NCBI GenBank assembly: GCA_965219095.1
Contig: OZ244719.1
Coordinates: 32,001 to 96,000, forward strand
Length of the DNA: 64,000 nt
Reading direction: 5' to 3'
From: Bdellovibrionales bacterium
GTDB taxonomy: Bacteria; Bdellovibrionota; Bdellovibrionia; Bdellovibrionales; UBA1609
Positions 20,370 to 30,827 of this stretch are shown here, one piece after another (positions within the stretch are counted from its first letter, which is position 1; each line of letters starts with the position of its first letter). The translations under genes were made by a program, and so were the position numbers. Under the pieces are notes generated by a model. It had not been told where the DNA came from. It was given only the letters and a program-made list of their open reading frames with translations, and ran no database searches.

Positions 20370-21602
20370 TTATGGTTTGGACTCACAAGTAATCTGTTCT
20401 CTATAAACTTTTATTAATGTTTCATTTAAAGTATTTAAAACATAAACCTTCTTATCCTCAGAGCCTACGACAATTTTATTATCATCCATTATAGCAGGAG
20501 AGGAATCAACCCAGCCACCTGTTTTAAAAGAAGCTACTTTAACTAACTTCTTACCCTTAAGCTCTAAAACATAAACCCTCTTATCAAAAGAGCCTATGAC
20601 AATTTTATTATCATCCATTATAGCAGGAGAGGAACGAACCAAGCCATCTGTTCTAAAAGAAGCTACTTTAACTAACTTCTTACCCCTAAGCTCTAAAGCA
20701 TAAACATTTTCATCATCAGAACCTATGACAATTGTTCCATTATTCATTATGGCAGGAGAGGAGCGAACCGCATCACCTGTTCTAAAAGAAGCTACTTTAA
20801 ATAATTCATTACCTGAAAGCTCTAAAACATAAACCCTCTTATCAAAAGAGCCTATGACAATTTTATCATCATCCATTATAGCAGGAGAGGAGCGAACCGC
20901 ACTACCTGTTTTAAAAGAAGCTACTTTAAATAATTCATTACCTGAAAGCTCTAAAACATAAACCCTCTCATCAAAAGAGCCTATGACAATTTTATCATCA
21001 TCCATTATAGCAGGAGAGGAGCGAACCGCACTACCTGTTTTAAAAGAAGCTACTTTAAATAACTTCTTACCCTTAAGCTCTAAAGCATAAACATTTCTAT
21101 CATCAGAACCTACGACAATTGTTCCATTATTCATTATAGCAGGAGAGGAGCGAACCGCACTACCTGTTTTAAAAGAAGCTACTTTAAATAACTTCTTACC
21201 CTTAAGCTCTAAAGCATAAACATTTCCATCATCAGAACCTACGACAATTGTTCCATTATTCATTATGGCAGGAGAGGAGCGAACCGCACCACCTGTTTCA
21301 AAGGAAGCTACTTTAAATAACTTCTTACCCTTAAGCTCTAAAGCATAAACATTTTCATCATCAGAACCTATGACAATTGTTCCATTATTCATTATGGCAG
21401 GAGAGGAGCGAACCGCACCACCTGATTTTTTACTTATAGGTTTGAGATCAAACCCATAAACTTTCTTTTCTTGAAAGCATCTTTTATCATAGGAACGTCC
21501 TAAAGCATGGCATTTTGTTGACTTTTCCTGAAAGACGAAAAAACTGGAAAAAGCAAAGACTAGATTTAAGCTCGCTAAATGAAAAAAAATTTTTGTTTTC
21601 AT
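20370..21602 (-). CDS. Secreted PQQ-like beta-propeller repeat protein (8 x 43 aa)
   Basis: Signal-peptide-like N-terminus; eight SSPAI..IVxGS.D..VY repeats, near-identical 129-bp DNA units. Confidence 0.88.
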   Translation of the reverse strand: MKTKIFFHLASLNLVFAFSSFFVFQEKSTKCHALGRSYDKRCFQEKKVYGFDLKPISKKSGGAVRSSPAIMNNGTIVIGSDDENVYALELKGKKLFKVASFETGGAVRSSPAIMNNGTIVVGSDDGNVYALELKGKKLFKVASFKTGSAVRSSPAIMNNGTIVVGSDDRNVYALELKGKKLFKVASFKTGSAVRSSPAIMDDDKIVIGSFDERVYVLELSGNELFKVASFKTGSAVRSSPAIMDDDKIVIGSFDKRVYVLELSGNELFKVASFRTGDAVRSSPAIMNNGTIVIGSDDENVYALELRGKKLVKVASFRTDGLVRSSPAIMDDNKIVIGSFDKRVYVLELKGKKLVKVASFKTGGWVDSSPAIMDDNKIVVGSEDKKVYVLNTLNETLIKVYREQITCESKP

Positions 21603-21689
21603 TATTTACCTCTTATGGATTGAAGGTGTTTAATTTTAAAACACTTTCTTATTATTTTGTTTTATAAGCCCTATTTTCTTAACTATTTA

Positions 21690-21736
21690 CCTAACTTTCT
21701 TAAATCCTAGTGAGTAAAAATTGTCTCGAATTTAGG
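21690..21736. mobile_element. 47-bp IS1634 relic with intact 6-bp target duplication
   Basis: TATTTA-CCTAA...CCTAGTGAGTAAAAATTGTCTCGAATTTAGG-TATTTA; matches the end of the IS1634 at 56531. Confidence 0.8.
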
Positions 21737-21776
21737 TATTTAAGTAAGGGCTTTTAACCTTTCTAAAATTTATGTA

Positions 21777-21794
21777 TTGCAAAAACTATTCCAA
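21777..21794 (-). promoter_or_regulatory. Putative sigma-54 promoter for the propeller gene
   Basis: TTGGAATAGTTTTTGCAA, GG-N10-GC spacing. Confidence 0.5.
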
Positions 21795-22089
21795 GCTTAA
21801 CTCCTTATTATGTAAAGCTGAGCCTCTAAGACTGTAAAAAAATTTAAAAGGTAACAAAAATTGTCACCTACTCCTTTAAACTTAGTTTTCCAGTCTGGCC
21901 TTGTTTTTGTTTTCATAATCATTAAAAGGAGTCTATCATAAGAAGTTAAAAAACACAAACTATTTTTTTAAAACTATAAAAACTGTATAAACTTTTTATA
22001 GTAATATAATTTTTTCATACTTAAGCTTCTTATAAAACTTAAAGAAGATTTAGAATCTTCTTTTGAAAATTTCCCTTTAAACTTCTATG

Positions 22090-22204
22090 AAAAAGAAAAT
22101 ATGGATGACCAATATTTTTGAAAAGCTGGGACTTAAAAACCCTGATTAGAAGAGTTAGACTCATCTAAGAAGTAAACTCATAAAAAGGAGCTTACTATTA
22201 ACAA
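22090..22204 (+). repeat. Dispersed repeat of about 115 bp (other copies 38903-39015 + and diverged 12480-12575 -)
   Basis: Shared GAGTTAGACTCATCTAAGAAGTAAACTCATAAAAAGGAGCTTACTATTAAC. Confidence 0.8.
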
Positions 22205-23455
22205 CAAAAAAGGAGGTCATCCGTAAGTCGGTTTCTTAACAACCCTTGACTTCTACTGAGGAGGATATTTCTTAGATTTTAAAGAAGAATAAGAGCCACA
22301 TTTTGATCTGCTATCTTTTTTTGTGATAGTTCCTAAGAATTTATCTCTGATGCCTTTAGCTCCTTATAGTCCAGAATTAAATCCCATGGAACAAGTCTGG
22401 CAACAATTACGAAGGATCAAATTATCGAATGCATGTTTTAAAAACTATGACCATATAGTGAATACTTGTTGTGAGGCCTGGAATACTTTTTGCGATCAGG
22501 AGGGTAGGATTAAAAAATTATGCACTCGATCTTGAGCAAAACAACAAGATGAATCAAGCTTGTAAATTAATTTGAACCTATAAATTAAATTGTGTAACTG
22601 ATTTTTTTCATTTTAAATTTTAACCTCACTTTTTTTCACTTATTTTAACCCATCAATCGATTTACACAACAAATAGATATACCTGAAATAAACATATCTT
22701 ATGAAAACTTAATCTCCCCTCAAAAAAAATTCTTTTAAAACCTCCTAATTGAAGCTTTTCCTTAAGTCAATTTTAAAATTTTAAATTTGAACATAAAAAT
22801 GTCGAATTAATTTCTGTAATTGGCATCATGAGCTGACAAAAAAATGCCCTTCCGGGGAGATTGAGAGTCTGATTCCAATTTTAATGGATGCTCAAGTTGA
22901 CCTTAACCCTCATCAAGTTGAAGCTGCCCTTTTTGCTTTCAAGTCCCCTCTCTCAAAAGGTGTTATTTTAGCGGATGAAGTAGGTTTAGGAAAAACTATT
23001 GAGGCAGGAATTTTACTTTCTCAAAAATGGGCTGAGAGAAAAAGAAAAATTTTAATTATTGTACCCTCTAGTTTAAGAAAGCAATGGAATAGAGAACTTT
23101 TAGAAAAATTCTTTCTTCCGTCTTTTATTTTAGAAACAAAATCTTTTAATCAAAATCTTAAAGATGATAATAACAATCCATTCGATCAAAACAACAAAGT
23201 CGTTATAGCCTCTTATCAGTTTGTAAGAAATAAAGCAGATTATGCAAAACTAATTCAATGGGATTTAGTTGTTATTGATGAAGCTCACAGATTAAGAAAT
23301 GTCTATAAAGAGGATAATAAGATTGCCCGTTGCCTTAGGGACACATTTCAAGAAATTCCAAAAATTCTATTAACAGCCACGCCTCTACAAAATTCACTTA
23401 TGGAGTTATATGGTTTAACAGACTTTAAAACAATTCAAAAAGGAAGTTTTAAAAT

Positions 23456-24398
23456 ATGGCAAAAAAGAAAAGAAAATTAAAAGCTGTAAAAAGTCAGAAA
23501 AAAATATTTTCTGATATTACAAAACTTATTCAACAAGCAAGAGGTTACTCTGTTCGTTCAATAAATTCTATTATGACAGCTACTTATTGGGAAATAGGTC
23601 GTAAAATTATAGAAGTTGAACAAGGAGGTAAAAATAAGGCTAAATATGGAACAGAGCTTATAAGTGAACTATCTTTACACTTAAACTAAGAATTATGAAA
23701 AAGGCTTTAGCAAAAGAAATTTGCATAATTTTTGTAAATTCTACTTATCTCGTCCTAAGATTGTGCAGACAGTGTCTGCACAATCTCTTAATTCATTGAA
23801 AACAATGGGTTTTCAAAAGTTTCTTCAGGAGTTTTCTACTCATTTTCCATTACCTTGGTCAGCTTATGTTCGCCTAATGTCTGTGCAGAATAAAGAAGCT
23901 CAAAAATTCTATGAAGATGAAGCCCTTAGAGGAGGATGGTCTGTTCGTCAACTCGACAGGCAAATTCAATCTGCTTTTTTTGAAAGGACGCTTCTTTCAA
24001 AAAATAAGGTCGCTATGCTTACAAAAGGCACGAGGGCAAAACCTGAAGATAAAATGACTCCCGAGGAAGCCATTAAAGACCCTTACGTCTTAGAGTTTCT
24101 TAACCTCAAGGATGAGTATTCTGAAAAAGAATTAGAAGAAAACCTTATCCAACACCTAGAGTCTTTTTTATTAGAACTTGGAGGTGATTTTACTTTTATC
24201 GGAAGACAAAAGCGTCTTCGTCTTGATGACAGTTGGTTTCGTGTAGATTTGATTTTCTATCATCGTGTTTTAAAATGTCTTATTATCATTGATCTTAAAA
24301 TTGGAGAATTTAGTTGTGCAGATGTTGGTCAAATGAACATGTCGTGCTTTCCAATCAAGTCTAAACTATTGAAATCATTAAAAACGAAACAATTATAA
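23456..24398 (+). pseudogene. YhcG/DUF1016 PD-(D/E)XK nuclease pseudogene
   Basis: YWEIGRKI, LPWSAY, WSVRQLDRQI, KDPYVLEFL, FLLELG, DLK; frameshift near 23690; truncated after GQMNM. Confidence 0.9.
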
Positions 24399-24509
24399 TA
24401 ACTTAATAATCCTACATGTTCCCAATGACTCCTACGACTTCCTCTAAACTCCCATTTTATTTTACATAAAGCTTGCACAAATTTTGGTCGGAGCATGTCC
24501 TATCGACTA

Positions 24510-24552
24510 TGATCTTCTCCAAAAAACTGTCTACTTTTTTGGGGGAAGTTCA
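24510..24552. mobile_element. 43-bp miniature IS3-like element, copy 1
   Basis: TGATCTTCTCCAAAAAA-CTGTCTAC-TTTTTTGGGGGAAGTTCA with TG..CA ends; second copy at 30326-30369. Confidence 0.75.
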
Positions 24553-27500
24553 GACAGTGCTTTTTTCTTACATAGCTTCTTACATGAACATCAAGCTCTC
24601 CTGACACGTCTTGAATCTTTAATTCCTCCCACTCACTGTCCTTAGGATAACCATACTGCTGTGCTATATCAGAAAGCTCTTCGTCTGTGAGCTTATGATC
24701 TACTTTTATCTCTTCTAAATCCTTCATCTCCTCTTCTTTAGGAGCAGGAACTAAACTCTCAGATTCAAGCAGAATTTTCTTTTTAAGCTTCTTTCTACTA
24801 CGAGAAGATAGTTTTCTTTTTTCACTGGATTTTCCAAACACTATTTTCTTGAACTTATTAAGTAGCTCATCATTAAAAAGCTTTAATTGATCTTCTTGAG
24901 CCTTTTTCTTCTTAAGCTCATTTAACTCTCCTTTTAAAAGTTTAATTTCTTTTTTATAAAGGTGAATGAATTCATTGAAAATCAACTTTACATTTTCCGT
25001 GTCTTTTTCCTCTCGAACAAACGAAGGAAGATGTTTGTATTCAGGTTTTTCGCTTTTTTTTAAATAAGGAAAAAGACTCATCTGCATACATTAATGTCAA
25101 CACGTCTTTTTTTGTTTTGCAAGCTTTTTTTTAAAAAAATAATCTAAAAAAATTATCTTTTCTTAAGCTCGTACTTTCTTAAAATCGAACCATGAACTAA
25201 AAGCTTAAGCTCACTCCTTGTTAACTCGGGAGAACTTAAATCACTTAAACTCATAAACCTTTTTTTCTCCATCCTCTTTGTTAGTAAAATAAGACCACTA
25301 CCATCATAGAACAGACCTTTTAATCTCCTTCTATTAAAACCTAGAAAGAGATAAAGATCTCCCAAGTTGATCTCTCCTTTCATTTCACTTCTTACTAGAT
25401 ACCTAAATTTTTGGCCAAAAGTATACACTAGGTTTTCAAGAAAGCATTATGTGATTCTTTAAAATTTTTGGGTCCACCGATTTCAATATCTGTTCTTGAG
25501 TTTTGTTAAGAGTTACGGTTCTAGTAAATTTATGTTTTTTACGGTTATCTGATAGATAAACGTTGTACATAGTTTCTAAGTTTTCAATTGCTTTTTCTGG
25601 CGACATATTTATGCCCTTAGATTTTAGATTTAGTTTAAGGATAGATAATATGAGATAAGATAAATAGCAGATAAAAACATGTGACTTGACTCTCTTATTT
25701 AACCAAAATCTAATAGGGCGTACATTTGAAATACCTTTTAAAGTTTTGAAAGCTCTTTCAATGATCTCTTTGTCAAAATACAATCTCACCATTTCTTTGT
25801 CGGAGATCTTCTTCGTAGAAAATATACACGAGTATCCATCAAGCTCCTCATCTTTCTTTAACACATCAGTTCTTATTCTTCCCCTGGGAGTCAAGTGCTT
25901 TCTAAGTCCTTCTTCAATTTTTTTATTTTTATTTATTAACTCCTGAGCATTTAGAATCCTTTTCCTCCTTGACTCTGTGATTTCTGTTTTTTTAGATTCA
26001 TTATAGCAGATGACAAGCTTTCCTTTAATCGATCCGAATGAATGAGGTATACCTTTAACGTAAAAAATACTTTCTCCAATTGTCACCATATTTGAAATAT
26101 TATTTATAGAATCATTCTTTATAGTTCGTCTTATGATAGCTTTTTCTTTTTCTCGCATAGGCAAGCCACACAACGTGTGCCAGCCTAAATCCCCTATGAA
26201 ATCAATGTTTTTCTCGGATACTATGCCTCGATCATAGATGAGTAGTCCAGACTGAAGACTGTGTTGAGAAAAATTATTGGAAACGTCCGCTAGAGTTTTA
26301 CTGTCATGGATATTTCCATCAAAGGTTTTGTGGAATACTGGAATTCCGTCCTTTTGAGTCGTTGCAAGTGCTATTTGGATAAGATCATTTTGTCGACGCC
26401 CATCTTTACTTCTTTCCACTTTCCCCATAACACAATGCTTCCCATAAAAATAAGTGTTTGTTAGATCATATACTATTCCTTTAGAGTCCAACCTATACAT
26501 CTTTTTTACGTTGCTAAAAATAGACCTTTGATAAATCTCTATTTGATCATCATTTATACTATCCATTGCTTTAACTAATCGAGCTTCCGTTAGATTTCCT
26601 AAATCTAAAAGAAGATTTAAGTCTGTCCTCTCGTACCATTTTGGCATATTACGTACACTTCTATAATCCATACAGTGGGCATAAATCATACTGAGAATCT
26701 CATCAGAATATTCACCTAAAATTTCTGGAAGTTTAATTTTTTTTGAGATACTATGGAATAGTAAAAGGGGGCCATATACCTTAACTCCATCCACTTGGAG
26801 ATCTTTTGATGAGAGAGAAAGCACAACTTCTCCATTAATCTCTTTTCCAATATAACGAATATGCTTTTGAACCGATTTCCCATTGATCCATTTGCTCTCA
26901 ACTTCAGCCAAATAAACTTGTCCATCCTTCTTTTTTATTCTTCTAATGAAACTCATCGCATATCCTCCTAGCAATCCTGCTGTATATATTATACATCAGG
27001 ATTAAGCATAGGCAAGAGTATTTATCTCTAAAAATTCTATAAAATCCTACTTTTTACGAGGGGGAATAAGAAATTTTCCAGATTCTGAGCAGAACTTAAA
27101 TCCTAGTGTATATTTTTTGTCGGGAATTTAGGTAGATAACTTAACCTCTCAAAACTCCATCGCATGTCTATCTTTTGAGAGCAGACAAAAATACGGTAGC
27201 CTTCAGATAAAAAAATCATAAATTTCTCACTAATTCTAAAACCTCTTCCCAACCTAGACCCTTTAAGACTAAGACCTTCTCTTTCATCACATGACTTTTC
27301 CTTTTTCAAAGAGACGGCCTTAAAAAGGGATTTCTTGTGAGAAAGTGTTGAAACATTGGACTTCTTCCAGTTATTGATTGTAGAAGGGCTGACTTTTGCT
27401 TCTTTACAAAATTTAGAAATCTTCTCCTCTTTCAAAAAATCTAGAATCTCTATCTTAAGTGCTTCTGGGTAGCGGATAAGCTTCTTTTTGGAATTCTTCT

Positions 27501-27618
27501 CTCGATAAAGCTGTATCCTCTTTTTTAAATTAATCCCTTCTTCCATAAAATTCCCCCTCTAAGAAAAACTTATAAGAGAGATTTAAACTTGGATAGGGCG
27601 GTCAGATAACCGAGTTAC
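24553..27618 (-). mobile_element. IS66-family (tnpA-tnpB-tnpC) 5' portion; tnpB interrupted by IS1634, tnpC truncated
   Basis: End GTAACTCGGTTATCTGAC; rejoined TnpB IDMRWSFERLSYLV..LYLFL..KGLFYDGSG..KRME; TnpC FGKSSEK. Confidence 0.88.
25402..27132 (-). mobile_element. IS1634-family element, complete, intact transposase 25436-26974
   Basis: CCTAAATT..CACTAGG inverted ends; 6-bp TSD TAGATA; YDLTNTYF, GN..D, DRG, IERAFK, HVFICYLSY. Confidence 0.92.
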
Positions 27619-27694
27619 GGCCTATTCATTAGGTGAGGGGAAATATTTTTTCATCTTCCTTTTATTTTTTTTAACTTTCCCTTACAATCACACT

Positions 27695-29827
27695 ATGAAT
27701 CTAAAAAAAATAGCCCTCTTTCTTGTTATTTTATTTTTAATTTTTTCATTCTTCCATTTTGAGCTTTTTCAGTACTTTAGTTTAGAATTTGTAAAAGAAC
27801 ATAAACTCAGCTTTCAAAATCATTATGACAAACATCCTTTCAAAACCCTTTTTCTCTACTTAGTGATTTATATTTTAATAACAGCTCTCAATCTTCCTGC
27901 AGCAACTCTTCTGACTCTTTTAGGAGGTGCTTTGTTTGGTTTTGTAGTAGGAGTTGTACTCGTATCACTAGGAAGCACTATAGGCGCTACCTTAGCTTTT
28001 TTAAGTTCTCGATTTTTACTAAAGGATTGGGTGGAATCAAAATTTAAAACACAGATTGAAACAATCAACAAAAACATCAAAAAAGAAGGGGCTTTTTATC
28101 TGTTCACTTTAAGAGTCATTCCCTTAGTACCCTTTTTCGTAATTAACCTGGTTATGGGACTCACCTCTATGAAAATGCTGACGTTTTTCTTTGTAAGCCA
28201 AATAGGAATGCTCTTAGGCACTCTTGTGTATGTAAATGCAGGAACTCAATTAGGACAAATTGAATCATTGAACGACATTTTATCTTTTAAACTCTTCTTA
28301 TCTTTTGTTCTGTTAGGAATCTTTCCTTTTCTTATAAAAAAAGCTATAAATTTTTACAAATCTCCTTTAAGAAAATACAAAAAACCTCCCTTCTTTGATT
28401 ACAATCTTGTAGTTATAGGAGCAGGGGCCGGTGGGCTTGTGACAAGTTATATTAGTGCTATGACAAAAGCTAAAGTGGCCCTTATTGAAAAACACAAAAT
28501 GGGTGGAGATTGTTTGAACACAGGCTGTGTCCCCAGCAAAACTCTTATTCGTTCTTCTAAGTTTATCAAAGATGCCAAACAACATAAATCTTTAGGTTTT
28601 TCATCCATCACAATGGATTTTGAATTTGCTGATATTATGGAAAGAATAAAACGGGTGATCAAAACTATTGAACCTCATGACAGTTTAGAACGTTATCGTA
28701 ATTTAGGTGTAGAATGTCTTTCTGGGAAAGCCTATGTCAAATCACCTTACGAAGTTGAAATAGATGGGAAAACACTTTTCACAAAAAATATTGTGATTGC
28801 TACAGGGGCTAGTCCTTTGGTCCCTCCTTTAGAGGGCTTAAAAGATATTAATTATCTGACCTCAAATACGCTTTGGGATTTAAAAACACTTCCTCAAAAA
28901 CTCCTTATCTTAGGAGGAGGTCCTATCGGCTGTGAATTAGCTCAAGCCTTTCATCGTTTAGGAAGTGAAGTGGTTATTGTGGAAAAAGCGGATAGACTTC
29001 TTATGAAAGAAGACAAGGACGTAAGCTGTCACATTTTGCAGACTTTTAAAAAAGAGGGTCTAACAGTTTTCTTAAATCATAGAGCTCAAAAATTTTCTCA
29101 AAAAACCCTTGAATGTGTAAATGAAGTGACAAAAAAATCTTTTTACATCACTTTCGATAAAGTGATTTTAGCTCTAGGAAGAAAGGCTTCTGTGAAAGGT
29201 TTCGGCTTAGAAGAACTAGGTCTTGAGTTAAATCAAAGACAAGAAATCCAAGTTAATGAATACCTGCAAACTAACTATCCTAACATTTATGCTTGTGGAG
29301 ATGTTAGCTCTACAGGTTATCAATTCACTCATACAGCAGCTCATGAGGCTTGGTACTGCGCTGTTAATTCCATGATAAGCCCTTTTTATAAATTCAAAGC
29401 CCGTTTTAAAGCCATACCTTGGTGTACCTATACTGATCCAGAAGTAGCACGTGTGGGACTTAATGAACAGGACGCCTTAAGTCAAAACATATCCTATGAG
29501 GCGACAACTTACCCTCTTGATAATCTAGATAGAGCAATCACAGATGAAGCTCAGTACGGTTTCATTAAAGTTTTAACAGAGCCCAAGAAAGATAAAATTT
29601 TAGGCGTTACCCTTGTAGGAGTTCATGCTGGTGATATCATAGCTGAATACGTGTTAGCTATGAATCATAAATTAGGTCTTAATAAAATTCTTTCCACAGT
29701 TCACACTTATCCCACCCTCTCAGAGGCTAACAAATTTGTGGCAGGAGAATGGAAGAAAAAACAACTCAAGCCTCAAGTCCTCTTATGGGCAGAACGTATC
29801 CATAAATTCCGAAGAAAAGTTTTTTGA
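27695..29827 (+). CDS. TVP38/DedA membrane domain fused to a pyridine nucleotide-disulfide oxidoreductase
   Basis: LRVIPLVPFFVINL; GAGAGG, GGDCLNTGCVPSK, GGGPIGCELAQ, HTYPT. Confidence 0.92.
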   Translation: MNLKKIALFLVILFLIFSFFHFELFQYFSLEFVKEHKLSFQNHYDKHPFKTLFLYLVIYILITALNLPAATLLTLLGGALFGFVVGVVLVSLGSTIGATLAFLSSRFLLKDWVESKFKTQIETINKNIKKEGAFYLFTLRVIPLVPFFVINLVMGLTSMKMLTFFFVSQIGMLLGTLVYVNAGTQLGQIESLNDILSFKLFLSFVLLGIFPFLIKKAINFYKSPLRKYKKPPFFDYNLVVIGAGAGGLVTSYISAMTKAKVALIEKHKMGGDCLNTGCVPSKTLIRSSKFIKDAKQHKSLGFSSITMDFEFADIMERIKRVIKTIEPHDSLERYRNLGVECLSGKAYVKSPYEVEIDGKTLFTKNIVIATGASPLVPPLEGLKDINYLTSNTLWDLKTLPQKLLILGGGPIGCELAQAFHRLGSEVVIVEKADRLLMKEDKDVSCHILQTFKKEGLTVFLNHRAQKFSQKTLECVNEVTKKSFYITFDKVILALGRKASVKGFGLEELGLELNQRQEIQVNEYLQTNYPNIYACGDVSSTGYQFTHTAAHEAWYCAVNSMISPFYKFKARFKAIPWCTYTDPEVARVGLNEQDALSQNISYEATTYPLDNLDRAITDEAQYGFIKVLTEPKKDKILGVTLVGVHAGDIIAEYVLAMNHKLGLNKILSTVHTYPTLSEANKFVAGEWKKKQLKPQVLLWAERIHKFRRKVF

Positions 29828-29927
29828 GCCTTCGTATGTGTGCTTTAAAAATCAAAAAAGAAGCTTGTTTAAGGTTCTAAGCAGCTTTTAAATTAGGTTT
29901 GCGTATTATGAAGAGGTCTGATAAAAG

Positions 29928-30089
29928 CTAAAGTCTCCTAGGATGATCCAAACTGATAGAGCCATATTGAGGAAAAATCCTTTCTATAAGAGAGGATTTG
30001 CCAGTTTGTCTAGCACCTGTTAAAAGAACACAGGGGCGCTTTAAAGCAGCTTCTTGAATTTGTTTTGAAATTTCCCTTGGAATCCACAT
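29928..30089 (-). pseudogene. AAA-family (AAA_14/DUF4143-type) ATPase 5' fragment
   Basis: MWIPREISKQI..VLLTGARQTGKSSL followed by a premature stop. Confidence 0.75.
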
Positions 30090-30162
30090 ATACGTATATT
30101 TTAAACTAAAACTTCAAATAATTCAAACTTCAATTTCAAATTATACGTACTCTGACCTTATT

Positions 30163-30325
30163 AACCCGAGTTTCGACTTTTATATATTGCTCAGAGGCCC
30201 CTGTTCTTGAGTTTTAAGTTGAATGGAGGGTTTTTTAGGTTTTAAACAATAGGAGTGAGAGTACCTAAAAGATTGATGACAAAGTTTTGTGGGCTACGAT
30301 GGCGAGAATGCTCAAGATGAAACTC
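30163..30325 (-). mobile_element. IS982-family 3' end fragment
   Basis: ACCCGAGTTTCGAC end; matches 39014-39178. Confidence 0.8.
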
Positions 30326-30369
30326 TGAACTTCCCCCAAAAAAGTGGACAGTTTTTTGGGGGAAGATCA
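30326..30369. mobile_element. 44-bp miniature IS3-like element, copy 2
   Basis: Near reverse complement of 24510-24552. Confidence 0.75.
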
Positions 30370-30752
30370 GTATAACTCTCCAGAGGAACTTCCTCTTTGT
30401 TTTTTCTAAGACGAGGACGTTGAACTCTTATCCTCTGTCCTTGAAGAATAACAGATCCTTTCCCACTTCCTCCTCTGTGACAGAGACCCTCTGACTTTTT
30501 GTGGGAAAAGGGCTTTCCGCAGAGTCTTTTTACTTCCTCTTGGAAAAGATCATGGACTAATTTCAGCGCTGCTCCTTCAAGCTGCATAGCAATAAGCTGG
30601 CGAATCTTCTCATGTTTATTTTTTACCATTTGTAACTGGAATTGATATTGTGTATCTTTCATTTGGGGCTCCTTTTTGGTTTGTTTATAATACCCTGAGT
30701 TTAGCTCAGGGGAGCCCCTTCTTCAAACCCTAACGACTTTACGGACAATCTC
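30370..30752 (-). mobile_element. IS256-family 5' fragment
   Basis: EEVKRLCG..GSVILQGQRIRVQRPRLR..EVPLESY; end GAGATTGTCCGTAAAGTCG. Confidence 0.8.
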
Positions 30753-30827
30753 TATCAACCTCATATCCGCGTGCTGGTTAACGGTAAATCAAAAAGCCAG
30801 GAGGCTATGCGTTAAAAGAACGTCGAA

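Larger units (their letters stand above)
20008..22825 (+). mobile_element. IS630 type-1-bounded composite unit carrying a beta-propeller gene
   Basis: Left end TACCATTTCC.., right end ..TAATTGGCA, TCA duplicated on both sides; transposase 5' (20094) and 3' (22323) fragments only. Confidence 0.85.
19970..23480 (+). pseudogene. SNF2-family helicase pseudogene, split by a 2.8-kb insert and 3'-truncated
   Basis: 19970-20007 joined to 22829 onward reads MQITDYHAKYFAHELTKKCPSGEIESLIPILMDAQVDLNPHQ...ADEVGLGKT...DEAH...LTATPLQN in frame. Confidence 0.9.

Noticed and set aside
20370..21602. Diversity-generating retroelement target or BamB
   Set aside because: No reverse transcriptase or adenine-specific TR/VR pattern seen; no lipobox or bam context
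27695..29827. Mercuric reductase merA
   Set aside because: No C-terminal Cys-Cys pair or mer operon; the architecture matches the common TVP38-oxidoreductase fusion
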